64,000 bases of DNA, from positions 192,001 through 256,000 of the forward strand of contig CBDCCZ010000004.1 of the NCBI GenBank assembly GCA_965215005.1, in the 5' to 3' direction. A model generated the notes under the pieces. That model was given only the letters and a program-made list of their open reading frames with translations, did no database searches and had not been told where the DNA came from. Numbering within the stretch: position 1 is the first letter of the stretch; every line of letters starts with the position of its first letter. Positions 47,161-60,804 of the stretch are shown piece after piece. The position numbers and the translations under genes are program-made. This DNA comes from Kofleriaceae bacterium. Lineage in GTDB: Bacteria; Myxococcota_A; Polyangia; Haliangiales; Haliangiaceae.

Positions 47161-48879
47161 CTACTTTCGCGGTCGCGGAATGCCGTAGGCGTCGAGGCGC
47201 TTGGCAAGCGTGACCCGCGAGATGCCGAGCATTCGAGCGGCTTTGGTCTGATTGCCGCCGGTCTCGCGCAGGGCCTCGATGATGCGTTGGCGCGGGTCGT
47301 CGCTGTGCGTCGGGCTATCGGCGATGCCCTCGTAAGGCCGCTGACCGCTGTCGCTGCGGCTGAGACGGTCGAGCGGCAAGTGCTCTTCGCAAATGGGTTG
47401 CTCGCCTGCCAACAGCACCGCGCGCTCGATCGCATTGCGCAGCTCGCGCACATTGCCTGGCCAAGCGTGACTCGCCAGCGCTTGCAGGGCTTCGGGGGTG
47501 AGCGAGGGCTTCGAGGTATGGCCGAGCTCGCGGGCGCACGCGCTCGCGAAGCTGCGCGCCAGCGGCTCGATTTCGCAGACTCGATCGCGCAGCGGCGGGA
47601 CCCAGATAGTGGCCGCTGCGATGCGATAGAACAGATCCTCGCGGAAGGCGCCGCGGGCGACCTCTTCTTCGAGATCGCGATTGGTCGCGGCGACGAAGCG
47701 AACGTCGATCTCCCGCGGCCTCACCGCGCCAACGCGCATGACGGTGCCGTCTTCGAGGCAGCGCAACAGCTTGGCCTGGGCCGACTGCGACAGCTCGCCG
47801 ACCTCGTCGAGGAACACGGTGCCGCCATGCGCCGACTCGAGCAGGCCCGCCTTGGTAGCGTTGGCGCCGGTGAAGGCGCCTTTTTCGTGACCAAACAGCT
47901 CGCTCTCGAGGAGCGTGTGCGAGAACGCGGCGCAGTTGAGGCGCAAGAACGGCTTATCAGCGCGCGGCGACAGCCGGTGAATGGCCTCGGCAACGCTTTC
48001 CTTGCCAACCCCGGTTTCGCCGTGAATGAGCACGCTAATGGTGCCTTTGGCCATCCGACCCGCCAGCCGATACACGTCCTCCATGACGGGATCGGCGACG
48101 ATGACGCCAGTGGAAAGCGAATCAGTGGTGGTAGGCAGCTCGTCGCCAGCGGCCGCATCCATGGCCGGGGAGTGCTCGGCAACGATACGCAACTTTGCAT
48201 CGGCGCGGCTGAAGCGGTCGCGCAGCTCTCGCACCGCCTCGTCCACGGCGGTGAAGGGCGCGCCAACCGACAGTGCCCGAACGTCCCGCGAGCCGAATCG
48301 GGCCACCGCGACGCACGCCGGGATGTGAGGCAGCAGGAGCACGCGGGCGGTATCGAGCTCGAGCGGGCCATCGGTGGCGCGCAGATGAATCACCGTGACG
48401 TCGGCGGCGGCTTCTTCTTCGATGGCAACGCGAGTACGACGCTCGAGCTCGCCGATGGTGACGGTCTCGACGACGTCGGCTTGGCGCGGGCTCAAGCTCA
48501 CTCCGAGCAGCGAGCCGATGCGCAGCAGTTGATCACAGCGCAGAACGCGCGCCTGGCGCGGCTCGAGGCGCTCGCCATCGACCCAGGTGCCGTTGCGGCT
48601 GCCGAGGTCGACGAGGCGAACCTCGTGCTCATCGAAGGTGAGCAAGCAGTGCTGGCGAGACACCGATACATCGGCGAGCGAGACGTCTGCGGCGCTGCCG
48701 CGACCAATGGTGAGCTCGCCGTGCGTCGGCAACGGAATCGTCTGAAGGCCCCAGCGGCGCACGATGGAGAGCGCCGAGGGGCGAACGTCGAACGTCTCGT
48801 CGTTGGCCGCGGCGGCGAGCTCCCCGGGAACGGTGTTGGTGTCCTCGGAGCTACTGAGGCCTTCGCTGGCGCGGCTCAT
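47161..48879 (-). CDS. FHA-domain sigma54-dependent transcriptional activator (EBP)
   Basis: IGRG...SRQH...SRNGT (canonical FHA), GETGVGKE, ESELFGHEKGAFTGA, LDEVGE, WPGNVREL, C-terminal HTH. Confidence 0.95.
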   Translation of the reverse strand: MSRASEGLSSSEDTNTVPGELAAAANDETFDVRPSALSIVRRWGLQTIPLPTHGELTIGRGSAADVSLADVSVSRQHCLLTFDEHEVRLVDLGSRNGTWVDGERLEPRQARVLRCDQLLRIGSLLGVSLSPRQADVVETVTIGELERRTRVAIEEEAAADVTVIHLRATDGPLELDTARVLLLPHIPACVAVARFGSRDVRALSVGAPFTAVDEAVRELRDRFSRADAKLRIVAEHSPAMDAAAGDELPTTTDSLSTGVIVADPVMEDVYRLAGRMAKGTISVLIHGETGVGKESVAEAIHRLSPRADKPFLRLNCAAFSHTLLESELFGHEKGAFTGANATKAGLLESAHGGTVFLDEVGELSQSAQAKLLRCLEDGTVMRVGAVRPREIDVRFVAATNRDLEEEVARGAFREDLFYRIAAATIWVPPLRDRVCEIEPLARSFASACARELGHTSKPSLTPEALQALASHAWPGNVRELRNAIERAVLLAGEQPICEEHLPLDRLSRSDSGQRPYEGIADSPTHSDDPRQRIIEALRETGGNQTKAARMLGISRVTLAKRLDAYGIPRPRK

Positions 48880-49174
48880 GCGTTGCTGTCCCTCATCACT
48901 TCATGAATCCCGGCAAGGCCTGCGGGTGAATCGAGAACCGCCGCGGAGGGCGGGATCCTTCACCCCGTGAGTTCGAGTATAGACGAGCTCTCCGCGACTC
49001 TTAAACGCAAAGCGACGGGATTGCCGAAGCTGCAGGGAAAGCGCGACGTTATCGCAGAAGCACTGTGAGCGCCGGCGCCCCGACGCTCAGAAGAAGTCTG
49101 GGATGTTGTGTCAAATTGGTGGTTAGCGCATGGCGGCGTGGTGACGACGGGGCGCGTGACGCGGCGCGTTTTGT

Positions 49175-50581
49175 TCAACGCGATGCGTGTGCGGCAAGCG
49201 TTTGCGCAACGCACGAGGTGAGCTTCTTGGCGTAGGGAACATCGAGGAATTCGTTGGGGCCGTGCGCATTCGAGGCCGGTCCGAGCACACCCGTGATGAG
49301 GAACTGCGCGGCTGGGAATTTGGCGCCAAGCATGCCCATGAACGGTATCGAGCCGCCTTCGCCCATGTACACCGCCGGCTTGCCGAAGTAGGTGCTGGAA
49401 GCATCATCGAGGGCACGTTCGAGCCATGGCGCGAGCGCCGGAGCGTTCCATCCCGCTGCGCCTTCGGCATGGGTGAGGCGGACGCGAGCGTTGTATGGAG
49501 GATCCTTCTCGAGGAGCGTTTTGACGGTGGCGATGGCATCGGATGCAGCCACGCCGGGCGGCAGTCGCAAGCTCAGCTTCACCGAGGTGAGCGGGCGCAT
49601 CACGTTGCCGGCATCGCCCAGCGCCGGCATTCCATCGACGCCAGTGATGGCGAGGGCGGGACGCCAGGTGCGGCTCAGGACCAGCTCCGCGAGATCGCGG
49701 CTGACCGGCTGCACGCCCTCGTGAAATGGGAACTGCGTGTAGACCACCTCGCCGAGGACCTCGGCAACGCGCGCGGCTTGCTCAATGCGCTGGCGCGGAA
49801 TCTCGACCGCGAGCTCGTCGGGAACGATGCGGCCGGTCGCGGGGTCTTCGAGGCGGCTCAGGACCTGGCGCAAGACTCGGAAGCTCGAGGCGACGATGCC
49901 GCTCGCATCGCCGGAGTGGACGCCTTCGCGGAGGAGCTCGACGCTCAAATTGGCGGTGACGATGCCGCGCAGGGACGTCGTTGACCATAGTTGATCGTAG
50001 TTGCCGGCACCGGAGTCGAGGCAGACGATGAGGCTCGGAGTGCCGATGCGATCCGCGAGATGATCGATATACGGCGGCAAGTCGTAGCTGCCGCTCTCTT
50101 CACAGGCCTCGATGAGCAGGACGCAGCGGGCATGAGGCAGCCCTTGCTCTGCCAGCGCGGCGATCGCGGTGAGCGAGGCAAACAACGCGTAGCCGTCGTC
50201 GGCGCCGCCGCGACCATAGAGGCGGCCGTTCTCATAGACCGGCGTCCATGGACCTTTGCCGGCAGCCCAGCCGACCATCTCGGGTTGTTTATCGAGATGG
50301 CCGTAGAGAAGCACCGTGTCGTCGACGCTGCCGGGAATCTCGATGTAGATGAGCGGCGTGCGCCCCGCCAGCCGCACGACCTCGAGTTCCATGCCGGGCA
50401 GTGCATGGGCTCGCGCCCACGACACGAACAGCTCCACGGCGCGCTCCATGTGACCGTGCTCGGCCCACGCCGGATCGAACGCCGGCGACTTGTTGGGAAT
50501 GCGGATGTAATCGATGAGCGTCGGGACGATGGTCTCGTCCCACACCCGCTCGACGAAGTTGCGGGTTTTGGCAGCTTCCAT
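49175..50581 (-). CDS. M20 family metallopeptidase/dipeptidase
   Basis: YGHLDKQP, LYGRGGADDG, EACEESGS, GGSIPF, NAHGPNE. Confidence 0.92.
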   Translation of the reverse strand: MEAAKTRNFVERVWDETIVPTLIDYIRIPNKSPAFDPAWAEHGHMERAVELFVSWARAHALPGMELEVVRLAGRTPLIYIEIPGSVDDTVLLYGHLDKQPEMVGWAAGKGPWTPVYENGRLYGRGGADDGYALFASLTAIAALAEQGLPHARCVLLIEACEESGSYDLPPYIDHLADRIGTPSLIVCLDSGAGNYDQLWSTTSLRGIVTANLSVELLREGVHSGDASGIVASSFRVLRQVLSRLEDPATGRIVPDELAVEIPRQRIEQAARVAEVLGEVVYTQFPFHEGVQPVSRDLAELVLSRTWRPALAITGVDGMPALGDAGNVMRPLTSVKLSLRLPPGVAASDAIATVKTLLEKDPPYNARVRLTHAEGAAGWNAPALAPWLERALDDASSTYFGKPAVYMGEGGSIPFMGMLGAKFPAAQFLITGVLGPASNAHGPNEFLDVPYAKKLTSCVAQTLAAHASR

Positions 50582-50753
50582 GGCAGGGAGCCTACTTCAG
50601 CGGCGCCCGCCAACCCAGCCTTGCGAGCCCCGTCGAGCAACCTTGTCGGCTACCTCCCGGTCGATCGGGCGGGACCTCGCCGCTTGCCAGATGGTCATGC
50701 GTGACCAACATTTCCTAGCAGCTGCGTATAGTGACCACGTCATGCTGATTCGT

Positions 50754-51089
<336 letters not shown>

Positions 51090-51144
51090 GTCGGCGCAGT
51101 GCGTCGCTCGCGTGGGGGCTCCTGATCACGATCGGTAGGAAACA

Positions 51145-53442
<2,298 letters not shown>

Positions 53443-53491
53443 GCGCGGTGCTCCCGCGGCGCTGCGCCGGGCAACGGGCGGTGCGCGGGAG

Positions 53492-53508
53492 CCGGCACGA
53501 TGGGTGCG
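53492..53508 (+). promoter_or_regulatory. Possible sigma54 promoter
   Basis: CCGGCACG-ATGG-GTGCG (GG-N10-GC) ~80 bp upstream of the DUF2267 gene. Confidence 0.4.
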
Positions 53509-53589
53509 ATGTTTGCAAACTGCTAGCAATTCAGGGGCGCAGGGGCCGGCTAGCGATCGGCTCCTGCGCGAACCTAGGAGGGCCAGCGC

Positions 53590-53997
53590 ATGAACTTCGA
53601 CACCTTCATCGAGCTCGTTCAACGGCGAGCTGGCATCGGCAGTACGGCCGAAGCGTACGAGATCATCGAGGCCACGTTCTTGGCTTTGGGCGGCTGTCTC
53701 AATGATAGCGAGGCCAAAAAACTGGCCTCACAGCTGCCCAAGGAGCTCGCCGACGTGCTGCGTGACGGCGATGAAGGGCTTGAGTATACGAGCCTGAGGG
53801 AGTTGTTCGAGACCATCGCACGGCGTGCCGGTATACAAGCAGGCGCAGCCGAAGCGGGTGCCCGCGCGGTCATGAGCGTGCTCGAAGACGCGATGGCTGG
53901 TGAGCCTATCGAGCAGCTGCGCGCCGCCTTGCCGCACAATTTCTCCGTGCTGTTCCAGGGCGGCAAAGCACCGACTGCGCATCCGCCGGCGGTGTGA
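53590..53997 (+). CDS. DUF2267 family protein
   Basis: FIELVQRRAG...EAKKLASQLPKEL...ARAVMSVL...LRAALP; AGGAGG RBS. Confidence 0.85.
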   Translation: MNFDTFIELVQRRAGIGSTAEAYEIIEATFLALGGCLNDSEAKKLASQLPKELADVLRDGDEGLEYTSLRELFETIARRAGIQAGAAEAGARAVMSVLEDAMAGEPIEQLRAALPHNFSVLFQGGKAPTAHPPAV

Positions 53998-54136
53998 GCT
54001 CCGCGCGCGGTCGCAGCGGGACCCGAACCGAGACAAGCATGGCTGCGCGTGCGGTCGCAGCCAGCGTGCTCGCACAGGCGCAACGTCGCAGCGGGGGCCT
54101 GCTTCGCCGTGGGGTGACCAGCTCTTGAGAGCAGCC

Positions 54137-55101
54137 TCAGGGGATCAGCAACACCTTGCCGCGGCTCTTGCGCGATTCGAGGTGGTAATGCGCGGCTGCC
54201 GCGTCTGTCAGGGCATAACGGCTGTCGATTCGAACGTGCAAGCTGCCGTTCATGACCATGGCGAAGAGCTCGCTTGCGCGGGTGCGGCGCTGGTTTGCAT
54301 CGGTCAGATAGGACCAAAGATCGCCGCCGACCAGCGCCTGTGAAGCGTCCATCAAGCTGCGCGGGTCGACGGCGGCCGGGTTACCGCCTGCCATGCCAAA
54401 GAACACCACGGTGCCGGTTTGCTTGGTTGCCGCAAGGCTTGCCGCTAGCGTGCTTCCAACGCTGTCGTAGGCCACGTCGCATCCACGTCCGCTGGTGGCG
54501 CTCTTCACCCGCTGCACCCAGTCGTCGCTGTACAAAATGACCTCGTCGGCGCCCGCGTCGTAGGCGGCTTTGGCTTTTTCGGCGGCTGAGGTCACGCCGA
54601 TGACGCGCGCCCCCTGCGCGACCGCCAGCTGGATCAACAGCTGGCCCACACCTCCGGCCGCGGCGTGGATGAGGACGCACTCGCCGCTCCTGATGAGGTG
54701 ACTGTCGCGGGCCAGGTACTGGGCGTGAGGCCCTGCAGAAGCAGGGCGGCGGCGGTCTCCAGCGGAACCTCGCTAGGCACCGGGACGAGATGGTCGCTCG
54801 GCGCGACTACGAGCTCTGCGTTGGCGCGTGGGACATCGGCAAATGCGACCCTATCGCCGGGGGCGAATTCTGTGACCGCGGGGCCGACTGCGTGGACGAT
54901 GCCAGCCGCTTCGTATCCCAAGATGAACGGAGGCGCATCGACCAAGTGATAGTCGCCGCGTCGCCGATAGATATCCGCATAGTTCATCCCGATGGCAGCG
55001 GTCTTGACGATCACCTGGTCGCCCGTGGCCACTGGATCGGGCAGCTCGGTGAGCCGTAAGACGTCGGGGCTTCCAAACGCGGAGAAAGCGATAGCGCGCA
55101 T
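54137..55101 (-). CDS. NADPH:quinone oxidoreductase (MDR/zeta-crystallin), 1-bp frameshift near 54724
   Basis: FGSPDVL, GMNYAD, LGYEAAG, LLQGLT then (other frame) AQYL..HAAAGGVGQLL, YDSVG, GKVLL. Confidence 0.9.
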
Positions 55102-55241
55102 GGGCGCCATAGTTAGCGGCGAGCAAGAAGAGGTCAACCCCGCGCTTCCCCGGCGCAGGGTCGCTTCGCCGCGCACCGCTTAGGCCTCAGGGGCGGTCGC
55201 TAGCGCTGCGAGTGTGGCTTCTGCTAGCGCTAGCGGAAAGC

Positions 55242-56558
55242 TCAGCGGCAGGTGCCGGTGCGTAAAAGCGGTTCTAAGGCATCCGCTGCGCTGGGGCGGC
55301 CGAAGCGGAAGCCCTGCAGCTCGCGGCATCCTTGGCGACAGAGAATGTCTGCCTGCGCAGCGGTCTCGACCCCTTCGGCGATCGTTCGTATCCCTAGGCT
55401 CTGGGCCATCGACAGCATCGCAGCGACGATGGCGCGGTCGCGCTCGCTGCGGGTGAGATCGGCAACGAACGAGCGATCGATCTTGAGAGCGTCGACGGGG
55501 AGCTCGCGCAGGTAACGGAACGTGGCGTAGCCGGTGCCGAAGTCGTCGATCGCAAGACCCACCCCCATGGCCGCGAGAGCGTCAAACGTGGCGCGCGTGC
55601 ACTCGTCGACGGACAAGATGCTGGTTTCTGTGAGCTCGAGCTCGAGCGCGTCGGCTCGTACGTCGGCAGCGGCTAGCGTTCGCGCGACGAACCCCGCAAG
55701 CTCGGGATCGCGAAACTCGCGGGCGTTGACGTTGACGGCCACGCGTACGGGCGGAAGTCCGGCGCGGCGCCACGTTGCGAGCTGCTCGAGAGCGGTGCGC
55801 AGCACCCACTGGCCGAGCGGCAGCACGAGTCCATTGTCTTCGGCGGCTTCGAGAAATTCAGCGGGGCTGGCGAGGTGCTTTGGGGTTTGTTGCCAGCGCA
55901 GCAGCGCCTCCACACCGGTAATGCGGCCGGAGCGGGCGTCGACCTGCGGCTGGTAGTGCAGCCGCAGCTCCTCGTTATCAATGGCGCGGCGCAGTCGATT
56001 GCCGAGCAGCAAGCGCTCTTTTGCGCGGGCGTTCATGTCGTGCGAATAGACGCGAAGGATGCCGCGTCCCGCCTCCTTGGCGGTGTACATGGCGGCGTCG
56101 GCGTTGGCCATCAGAGTATCGGCAGTGCGACCGTGAAGAGGTGCCACCGCCGCGCCGATGCTGGCGCTCAGACTCAGCTCGTGACCGTGCAGACGCAGCG
56201 GTCGCGCCACCGCTAACAGGGCGCTCTGCGCGGTCATCGTCATGACCGCCAGCGCCTGATCGTGATCGTCAAGGCCTTCGAGGAGAATCGCAAAGTCGTC
56301 GCCGCCGAGTCGCGATACGCGAGCGGAACCGCGAAATCGCCGCTCGAGTCGTTGCGAGACCATATCGAGCAGCTCATCTGCGGCCGCGTGACCAAACGAG
56401 TCGTTGATGGTCTTGAAGCGATCGAGATCGAAATACAGCAACCCGACGAGGCGACCAGCGGCAGCAGCACTGGCGAGCGCACAGTCTAGTCGCGTGCGAA
56501 AGCGCTGCCGGCTCGGCAGCGACGGTGCGGCGTCACTGTGGCGCTCCCGCGGTTTCAT
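55242..56558 (-). CDS. GGDEF-EAL domain protein (c-di-GMP metabolism)
   Basis: DLDRFKTINDSFGH, RLGGDDF, YQPQ, VEALLRW, ELTET, DDFGTGY, LKIDRSF, AEGVE, QGF; start uncertain. Confidence 0.92.
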   Translation of the reverse strand: MKPRERHSDAAPSLPSRQRFRTRLDCALASAAAAGRLVGLLYFDLDRFKTINDSFGHAAADELLDMVSQRLERRFRGSARVSRLGGDDFAILLEGLDDHDQALAVMTMTAQSALLAVARPLRLHGHELSLSASIGAAVAPLHGRTADTLMANADAAMYTAKEAGRGILRVYSHDMNARAKERLLLGNRLRRAIDNEELRLHYQPQVDARSGRITGVEALLRWQQTPKHLASPAEFLEAAEDNGLVLPLGQWVLRTALEQLATWRRAGLPPVRVAVNVNAREFRDPELAGFVARTLAAADVRADALELELTETSILSVDECTRATFDALAAMGVGLAIDDFGTGYATFRYLRELPVDALKIDRSFVADLTRSERDRAIVAAMLSMAQSLGIRTIAEGVETAAQADILCRQGCRELQGFRFGRPSAADALEPLLRTGTCR

Positions 56559-56853
56559 GAGAGGACCGAATACGTGCATCCTGAACGCCGGAAGTCTCTC
56601 GCATCCGTACCATCGTGAGAATCCCCACGTCGGGGTGACGCTCGCCGCGACCCAAACGCCACCCTCCGGTGCCCATGCGCGCGGCGATCTACATGAGCTC
56701 GGCGCCAACGCCGTCGCGAGTTAGCGCGCACCGTTCGCAGCGCCAGCGAAGCGACGGCGCTGCACGAGGACCAGCGAAAGCTCGGCCAAGAAGAGCGCCC
56801 TGCGGGAGCTGCTCCGACGACCATAGGTTTTGCGCCGGCCCTCGCACGGGCGA

Positions 56854-57258
56854 TCAGCTCGGTGCCGAAGCCAGCATGGCGCTGCAGCTCTTTTCGCAGG
56901 TGCGACACGCCTCTGCGCAGAGCTTGCAGTGTTCGTGCTTGCCGGCATGCTGCTCACATTCGCTTGCGCATCGGCGCACGGCGGTGATGCAGGCCTCGAG
57001 CTGCGCCTTTATCAGTGTCCAATCGGGCTGGGTCTGGCGGCTCAGCACTCGACCGGTGGCTTGGCAGATGTCTGCGCAGTCGAGGTCAGTGTTGATGCAG
57101 TAGCGCAGCTCGGCCACCATTTCCTCGGCTAAACAGGCATCAGCGCAGGCCGTACAGGCTGCAGCACAGTCAAAGCAAGCTTGGATGCAGTTTGCCAGCG
57201 CAGAGGAGGCTTGGCCGCCTTTGTTTGGGTGAGTCTTGATCATCGATTCCATTTGCAT
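56854..57258 (-). CDS. Four-helix bundle copper-storage protein (DUF326/Csp3-like)
   Basis: Regularly spaced Cys: CIQACFDCAAACTACADACL, DLDCADIC, HEHCKLCAEACRTCEKSC. Confidence 0.9.
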   Translation of the reverse strand: MQMESMIKTHPNKGGQASSALANCIQACFDCAAACTACADACLAEEMVAELRYCINTDLDCADICQATGRVLSRQTQPDWTLIKAQLEACITAVRRCASECEQHAGKHEHCKLCAEACRTCEKSCSAMLASAPS

Positions 57259-57440
57259 TGCTCGGTCCTTTTCGATTTGTTGCAGCGCAACGTGCCCACG
57301 CGGCACGAAACGTCGAGACAGCAGTGGAGCGCGGCGTCACATCGATGCTGCGCAGCGCGGCGGAGGAACATTCCGTAACGTGTGCCGCTGGAGCGGCACC
57401 TTCAATGGTCGCGAGTCCGCGACGCGGCTGTATTCAATTC

Positions 57441-57695
57441 CTAACCGCAACAACATCTGCGCTGGGCTGTCTTGGCGCTGACGGAAGCTGCGTAGCCGGC
57501 CTCGTCGACAGCGGCGATGAGCTGTGCGACCTCGAGCTCGCCGTCGTACGTGACGACCGCGCTGCCTCGCTGCACGTCCATTTGCACCGCGCGAACACCG
57601 GAAATTGCACGCAGTGCGTCACTCACGTGGCGCTCGCACGCGCCGCAGCTCATTCCGCTCACCTCGAGCGCAATCGTAGAAGAAGTCGTCGTCAT
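57441..57695 (-). CDS. copZ: HMA-domain copper chaperone (CopZ-like)
   Basis: [17 protein letters not shown]-terminal CCCG. Confidence 0.88.
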   Translation of the reverse strand: MTTTSSTIALEVSGMSCGACERHVSDALRAISGVRAVQMDVQRGSAVVTYDGELEVAQLIAAVDEAGYAASVSAKTAQRRCCCG

Positions 57696-57737
57696 GGATG
57701 CCTCCGTGCCGGCTCGACTGCCGGCCTTCACTCCCAC

Positions 57738-57800
57738 GACGCAGCACGCGCCAAACGATTACAGCTCCGTTTGCTGTAATCGCAGAGGGCCCGTTGCGTC
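57738..57800. promoter_or_regulatory. Back-to-back ECF-type promoters TGTAA-N17-CGTC
   Basis: Minus 57763-57738 TGTAAtcgtttggcgcgtgctgCGTC; plus 57775-57800 TGTAAtcgcagagggcccgttgCGTC. Confidence 0.75.
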
Positions 57801-57813
57801 GACAGGAGTACCC

Positions 57814-60162
57814 ATGCCATCTGCCGAAGCCAAGCCCGCCGCCAGCTATCAGACCTACGAGCCCTCGTTGACCGGCATGAGCTGCGCCGTGTGCGTTCGC
57901 CGTATCGAACGTGCGCTCGATGCCGTCCCTGGGGTCGAAGCTGCAAGCGTCAACTTTGCCACCGGCCGCGCGACGGTTCATTATGACGCTACGCGCACCG
58001 CGCCGGCCGAGCTCGCCGCTGCCGTAGAGCGCGCGGGCTATGGGGTGGCACCAGCGCCGCAGGAGTCCGTGACGCCTTCCGTGGCGTCTCCGCATGCGGA
58101 CGCGGAAGAACAACGTGCGCTGCGCCGCGACTTCCTCATTGCCCTCGTCTTCACCGCGCCGCTGCTGGTCCTCGCGATGAGCCATGGCGCGTTGGTGAGC
58201 ACCGACAACCGCGCCATGCGCTTCTTGCAGCTCATTCTGGCGACGGGGGTGGTTTTGGGGCCAGGCCGCCGCTTCTTAGCACCAGGATGGCAGGCGCTGC
58301 GTCGCCTCAGCCCCGACATGAACTCTCTCATTGCGATTGGCGCGCTCGCGGCGTGGGGGTATTCGACGGTCGCGGTCCTTCTTCCCGAGGTGTTTCCGAG
58401 TGGTCAGCACGATCCCCCGCACCTGTACTTCGAAGCCGCCGCCGCCATCCTCACGTTCGTCACCTTGGGCAGGCTTCTCGAGGCCGGCGCCCGCCGTCGT
58501 CTGCGCGATGCAGTAGAGGGACTGGTCGCGTTGGTACCGCCGCGGGCGCGACGAGTCACGTCGCAGGGGGAGGAGGAGGTTCCCGTCGCGGTGCTGGCGG
58601 TGGGGGACCAAATCGTGGTGCGGCCCGGTGAGCGCATCGCCGCCGACGGAGTGGTCGTAGAAGGTGGCTCGACGGTGGATGAAGCGATGTTGACCGGTGA
58701 GAGCATGCCGGTCGCAAAGCGCGCAGGCGATTCCGTGTACGGGGGCACCCTCAATCACGCCGGCGCCCTCACCATCGAGCTCGAGCGCACCGGCAGCGCC
58801 ACCGCGCTCGCTCAAATCATCGACGCAGTGGAGGCCGCACAGGGCTCGCGCCCGCCGATCGCACGACTCGCCGATCAGGTGAGCGCCTACTTCGTGCCGA
58901 TCGTCGTTGCCGTCGCCGCCCTCGCTGCTGCGGCGTGGTTGCTCTTCGATCCCAGTGGCGCTGGTCTGGCGGTTGCGGTGGAGCGCTTCGTCGCGGTCTT
59001 GGTTATCGCTTGCCCGTGCGCCCTCGGATTGGCTACGCCGGCAGCGGTGGCGGTTGGCACCGGGCGCGGCGCTGAGCTCGGCGCGCTTTTCAAGGGCGGC
59101 GCGGTTCTCGAGGCGGCCAGTCGGGTCGACACGGTGTTTCTCGACAAGACCGGCACCATCACCGAAGGAGCGCCGCAGGTCACCGACCTCGTCGCAGTTG
59201 GTAGGCGATCCGAGGCTGAAATTCTGGCTATAGCTGCTGCCGTGGAGCACAAGAGTGAGCATCCGCTCGCGGCTGCAATCACGCGGGCGGCTCGCGAGCG
59301 TGGTGTTCTATGGTCAAGCTCGGCGCACGGGTTTGCTGCCACGGCCGGTGGCGGAGTCGGCGCGGTGATCGACGGCCAGCGTGTGCGCGTCGGCTCGAGC
59401 TCGTGGCTCGGCGAAGCGGGCATCGACACAACCGCCGCCGAAGACCTAGCGGACGCGCTTGCGCGGCAGGGACGAACGCCGGTGTTGGTGGCGGTGGATG
59501 CGGCCGTGGTTGGCATCATCGCTATCGCCGATCGGCCCGCCCGAGGCGCCGCCGCGGTTGTGGCGGCGTTGGCTGCTCTGGGCGTCGAGGTAGCGATGGT
59601 CACCGGCGATCGCCAGGATACCGCTCGGGCCATCGCCGACGAGGTCGGCATCGCCACGGTTTACGCGGAGATGCGCCCCGAAGCCAAGGCGGCGCTCGTC
59701 GCCCAAGCGCAGCGCGGGGGCAAGCGAGTTGCCATGGTAGGCGACGGCATCAACGATGCGCCGGCGCTGGCCACCGCTGACGTCGGCATCGCCATCGGCA
59801 GCGGGACCGACATTGCCGTGGCGGCCGCCGACGTGTCGCTGCTCGGGGGCACCCTCGATGCCCTGCCGCAAGCCCTGCGGCTGGCGCGCCGCTCGATGAG
59901 GATCATCCGCCAGAACTTGTTCTGGGCGTTTGCCTACAACGTCGTCGGCATCCCGCTCGCCGCTGGCGCGCTTTATCCGTGGACCGGCTGGCTGTTGTCG
60001 CCGCTGTTTGCGAGCGCTGCGATGTCGCTCTCGTCGGTCTCGGTGCTGGTGAACTCGCTGCGCCTGCGGCGGTTCGAGCGCAACAAGCCGCCGCATCACT
60101 CGCAAGGCGGGCGGCGCGTTGCCAACGCGCGCGAGTCGTGGAAGGCTACCGCAGGTGAGTGA
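57814..60162 (+). CDS. copA: Cu(I)-translocating P1B-type ATPase
   Basis: [38 protein letters not shown] and MSLSS TM ligands. Confidence 0.95.
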   Translation: MPSAEAKPAASYQTYEPSLTGMSCAVCVRRIERALDAVPGVEAASVNFATGRATVHYDATRTAPAELAAAVERAGYGVAPAPQESVTPSVASPHADAEEQRALRRDFLIALVFTAPLLVLAMSHGALVSTDNRAMRFLQLILATGVVLGPGRRFLAPGWQALRRLSPDMNSLIAIGALAAWGYSTVAVLLPEVFPSGQHDPPHLYFEAAAAILTFVTLGRLLEAGARRRLRDAVEGLVALVPPRARRVTSQGEEEVPVAVLAVGDQIVVRPGERIAADGVVVEGGSTVDEAMLTGESMPVAKRAGDSVYGGTLNHAGALTIELERTGSATALAQIIDAVEAAQGSRPPIARLADQVSAYFVPIVVAVAALAAAAWLLFDPSGAGLAVAVERFVAVLVIACPCALGLATPAAVAVGTGRGAELGALFKGGAVLEAASRVDTVFLDKTGTITEGAPQVTDLVAVGRRSEAEILAIAAAVEHKSEHPLAAAITRAARERGVLWSSSAHGFAATAGGGVGAVIDGQRVRVGSSSWLGEAGIDTTAAEDLADALARQGRTPVLVAVDAAVVGIIAIADRPARGAAAVVAALAALGVEVAMVTGDRQDTARAIADEVGIATVYAEMRPEAKAALVAQAQRGGKRVAMVGDGINDAPALATADVGIAIGSGTDIAVAAADVSLLGGTLDALPQALRLARRSMRIIRQNLFWAFAYNVVGIPLAAGALYPWTGWLLSPLFASAAMSLSSVSVLVNSLRLRRFERNKPPHHSQGGRRVANARESWKATAGE

Positions 60163-60757
60163 GCACGATCTGGCCTCGAGTTGCCGCTCAGACGCCGCGG
60201 ACGCGGAAGAGCCGAGTATCGCGCTGCACGAGGCGACGTTGCAGCTGCTCGCCCACCGCCGCGAGTTTCTCACCTTCGTCGAGCGGCGCGTCGGCGACCG
60301 CGTTGTCGCCGAGGAGATCTTGCAGGATGCGTTCGTGCGCGGCTTACAGAAGTTGCCGAGCGTGCGCGAGACCGTGATCGGCTGGTTCTATCGTCTCCTA
60401 CGCAATGCACTCATCGATCACCAGCGTCGTGCGGCAGTGGCTGCGCGGCGTCTCGATGCGTTCGCGTCCGAACAGACTCTGCACGACACCGACACCGAGC
60501 TCTACGGTGCCGTGTGCACTTGCGTGTCGGCGCTCGCCGCGGAGCTCAAGCCCGAGTATGCCGAGGCGCTGCAGCGAATCGAGGTCGACGGTGTGTCGGT
60601 CAAGGATTACGCCGCGGAAGCAGGTATCACTGCCGGCAATGCAGGTGTGCGCATCTTCCGCGCCCGCCGCGGGCTCGGCAAGCAGGTGCAGCTCGTCTGC
60701 GGCCGCTGCGCTACTCATGGTTGCAACGACTGCACGTGCCGACCGCCAAGCCGGTGA
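60155..60757 (+). CDS. CorE-like metal-responsive ECF sigma factor
   Basis: [17 protein letters not shown] (sigma2), CTC linker, sigma4, C-terminal Cys-rich [14 protein letters not shown]. Confidence 0.85.
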   Translation: MSEHDLASSCRSDAADAEEPSIALHEATLQLLAHRREFLTFVERRVGDRVVAEEILQDAFVRGLQKLPSVRETVIGWFYRLLRNALIDHQRRAAVAARRLDAFASEQTLHDTDTELYGAVCTCVSALAAELKPEYAEALQRIEVDGVSVKDYAAEAGITAGNAGVRIFRARRGLGKQVQLVCGRCATHGCNDCTCRPPSR

Positions 60758-60804
60758 CATCGCGGCTTCCTCTCGCACGTCCATCCGTTGCAGAAGCGCT
60801 GCGC

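Noticed and set aside
47146..48906. 586-aa plus-strand ORF
   Set aside because: Antisense shadow of the sigma54 EBP, typical of high-GC DNA.
48960..48995. GAGTTCGAGT resembles a tRNA T-loop
   Set aside because: No cloverleaf, acceptor stem or CCA could be built.
49000..49035. ACGCAAAGC...GGGATTGCCGAA resembles pieces of a c-di-GMP-I riboswitch
   Set aside because: The 5' GGCAAA/GNRA stem and the second stem are missing, and it points away from the nearest gene start; an Rfam scan would be needed.
54000..54135. Short repeats (gtcgcagc x3) and a hairpin tggctgcg...cgcagcca between convergent genes
   Set aside because: Could be terminator or REP-like, but too short and GC-rich to support as a distinct element.
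57517..57813. 100-aa N-terminal extension of CopA in the ORF track
   Set aside because: Overlaps copZ antisense and the promoters; the AGGAG RBS supports ATG 57814.
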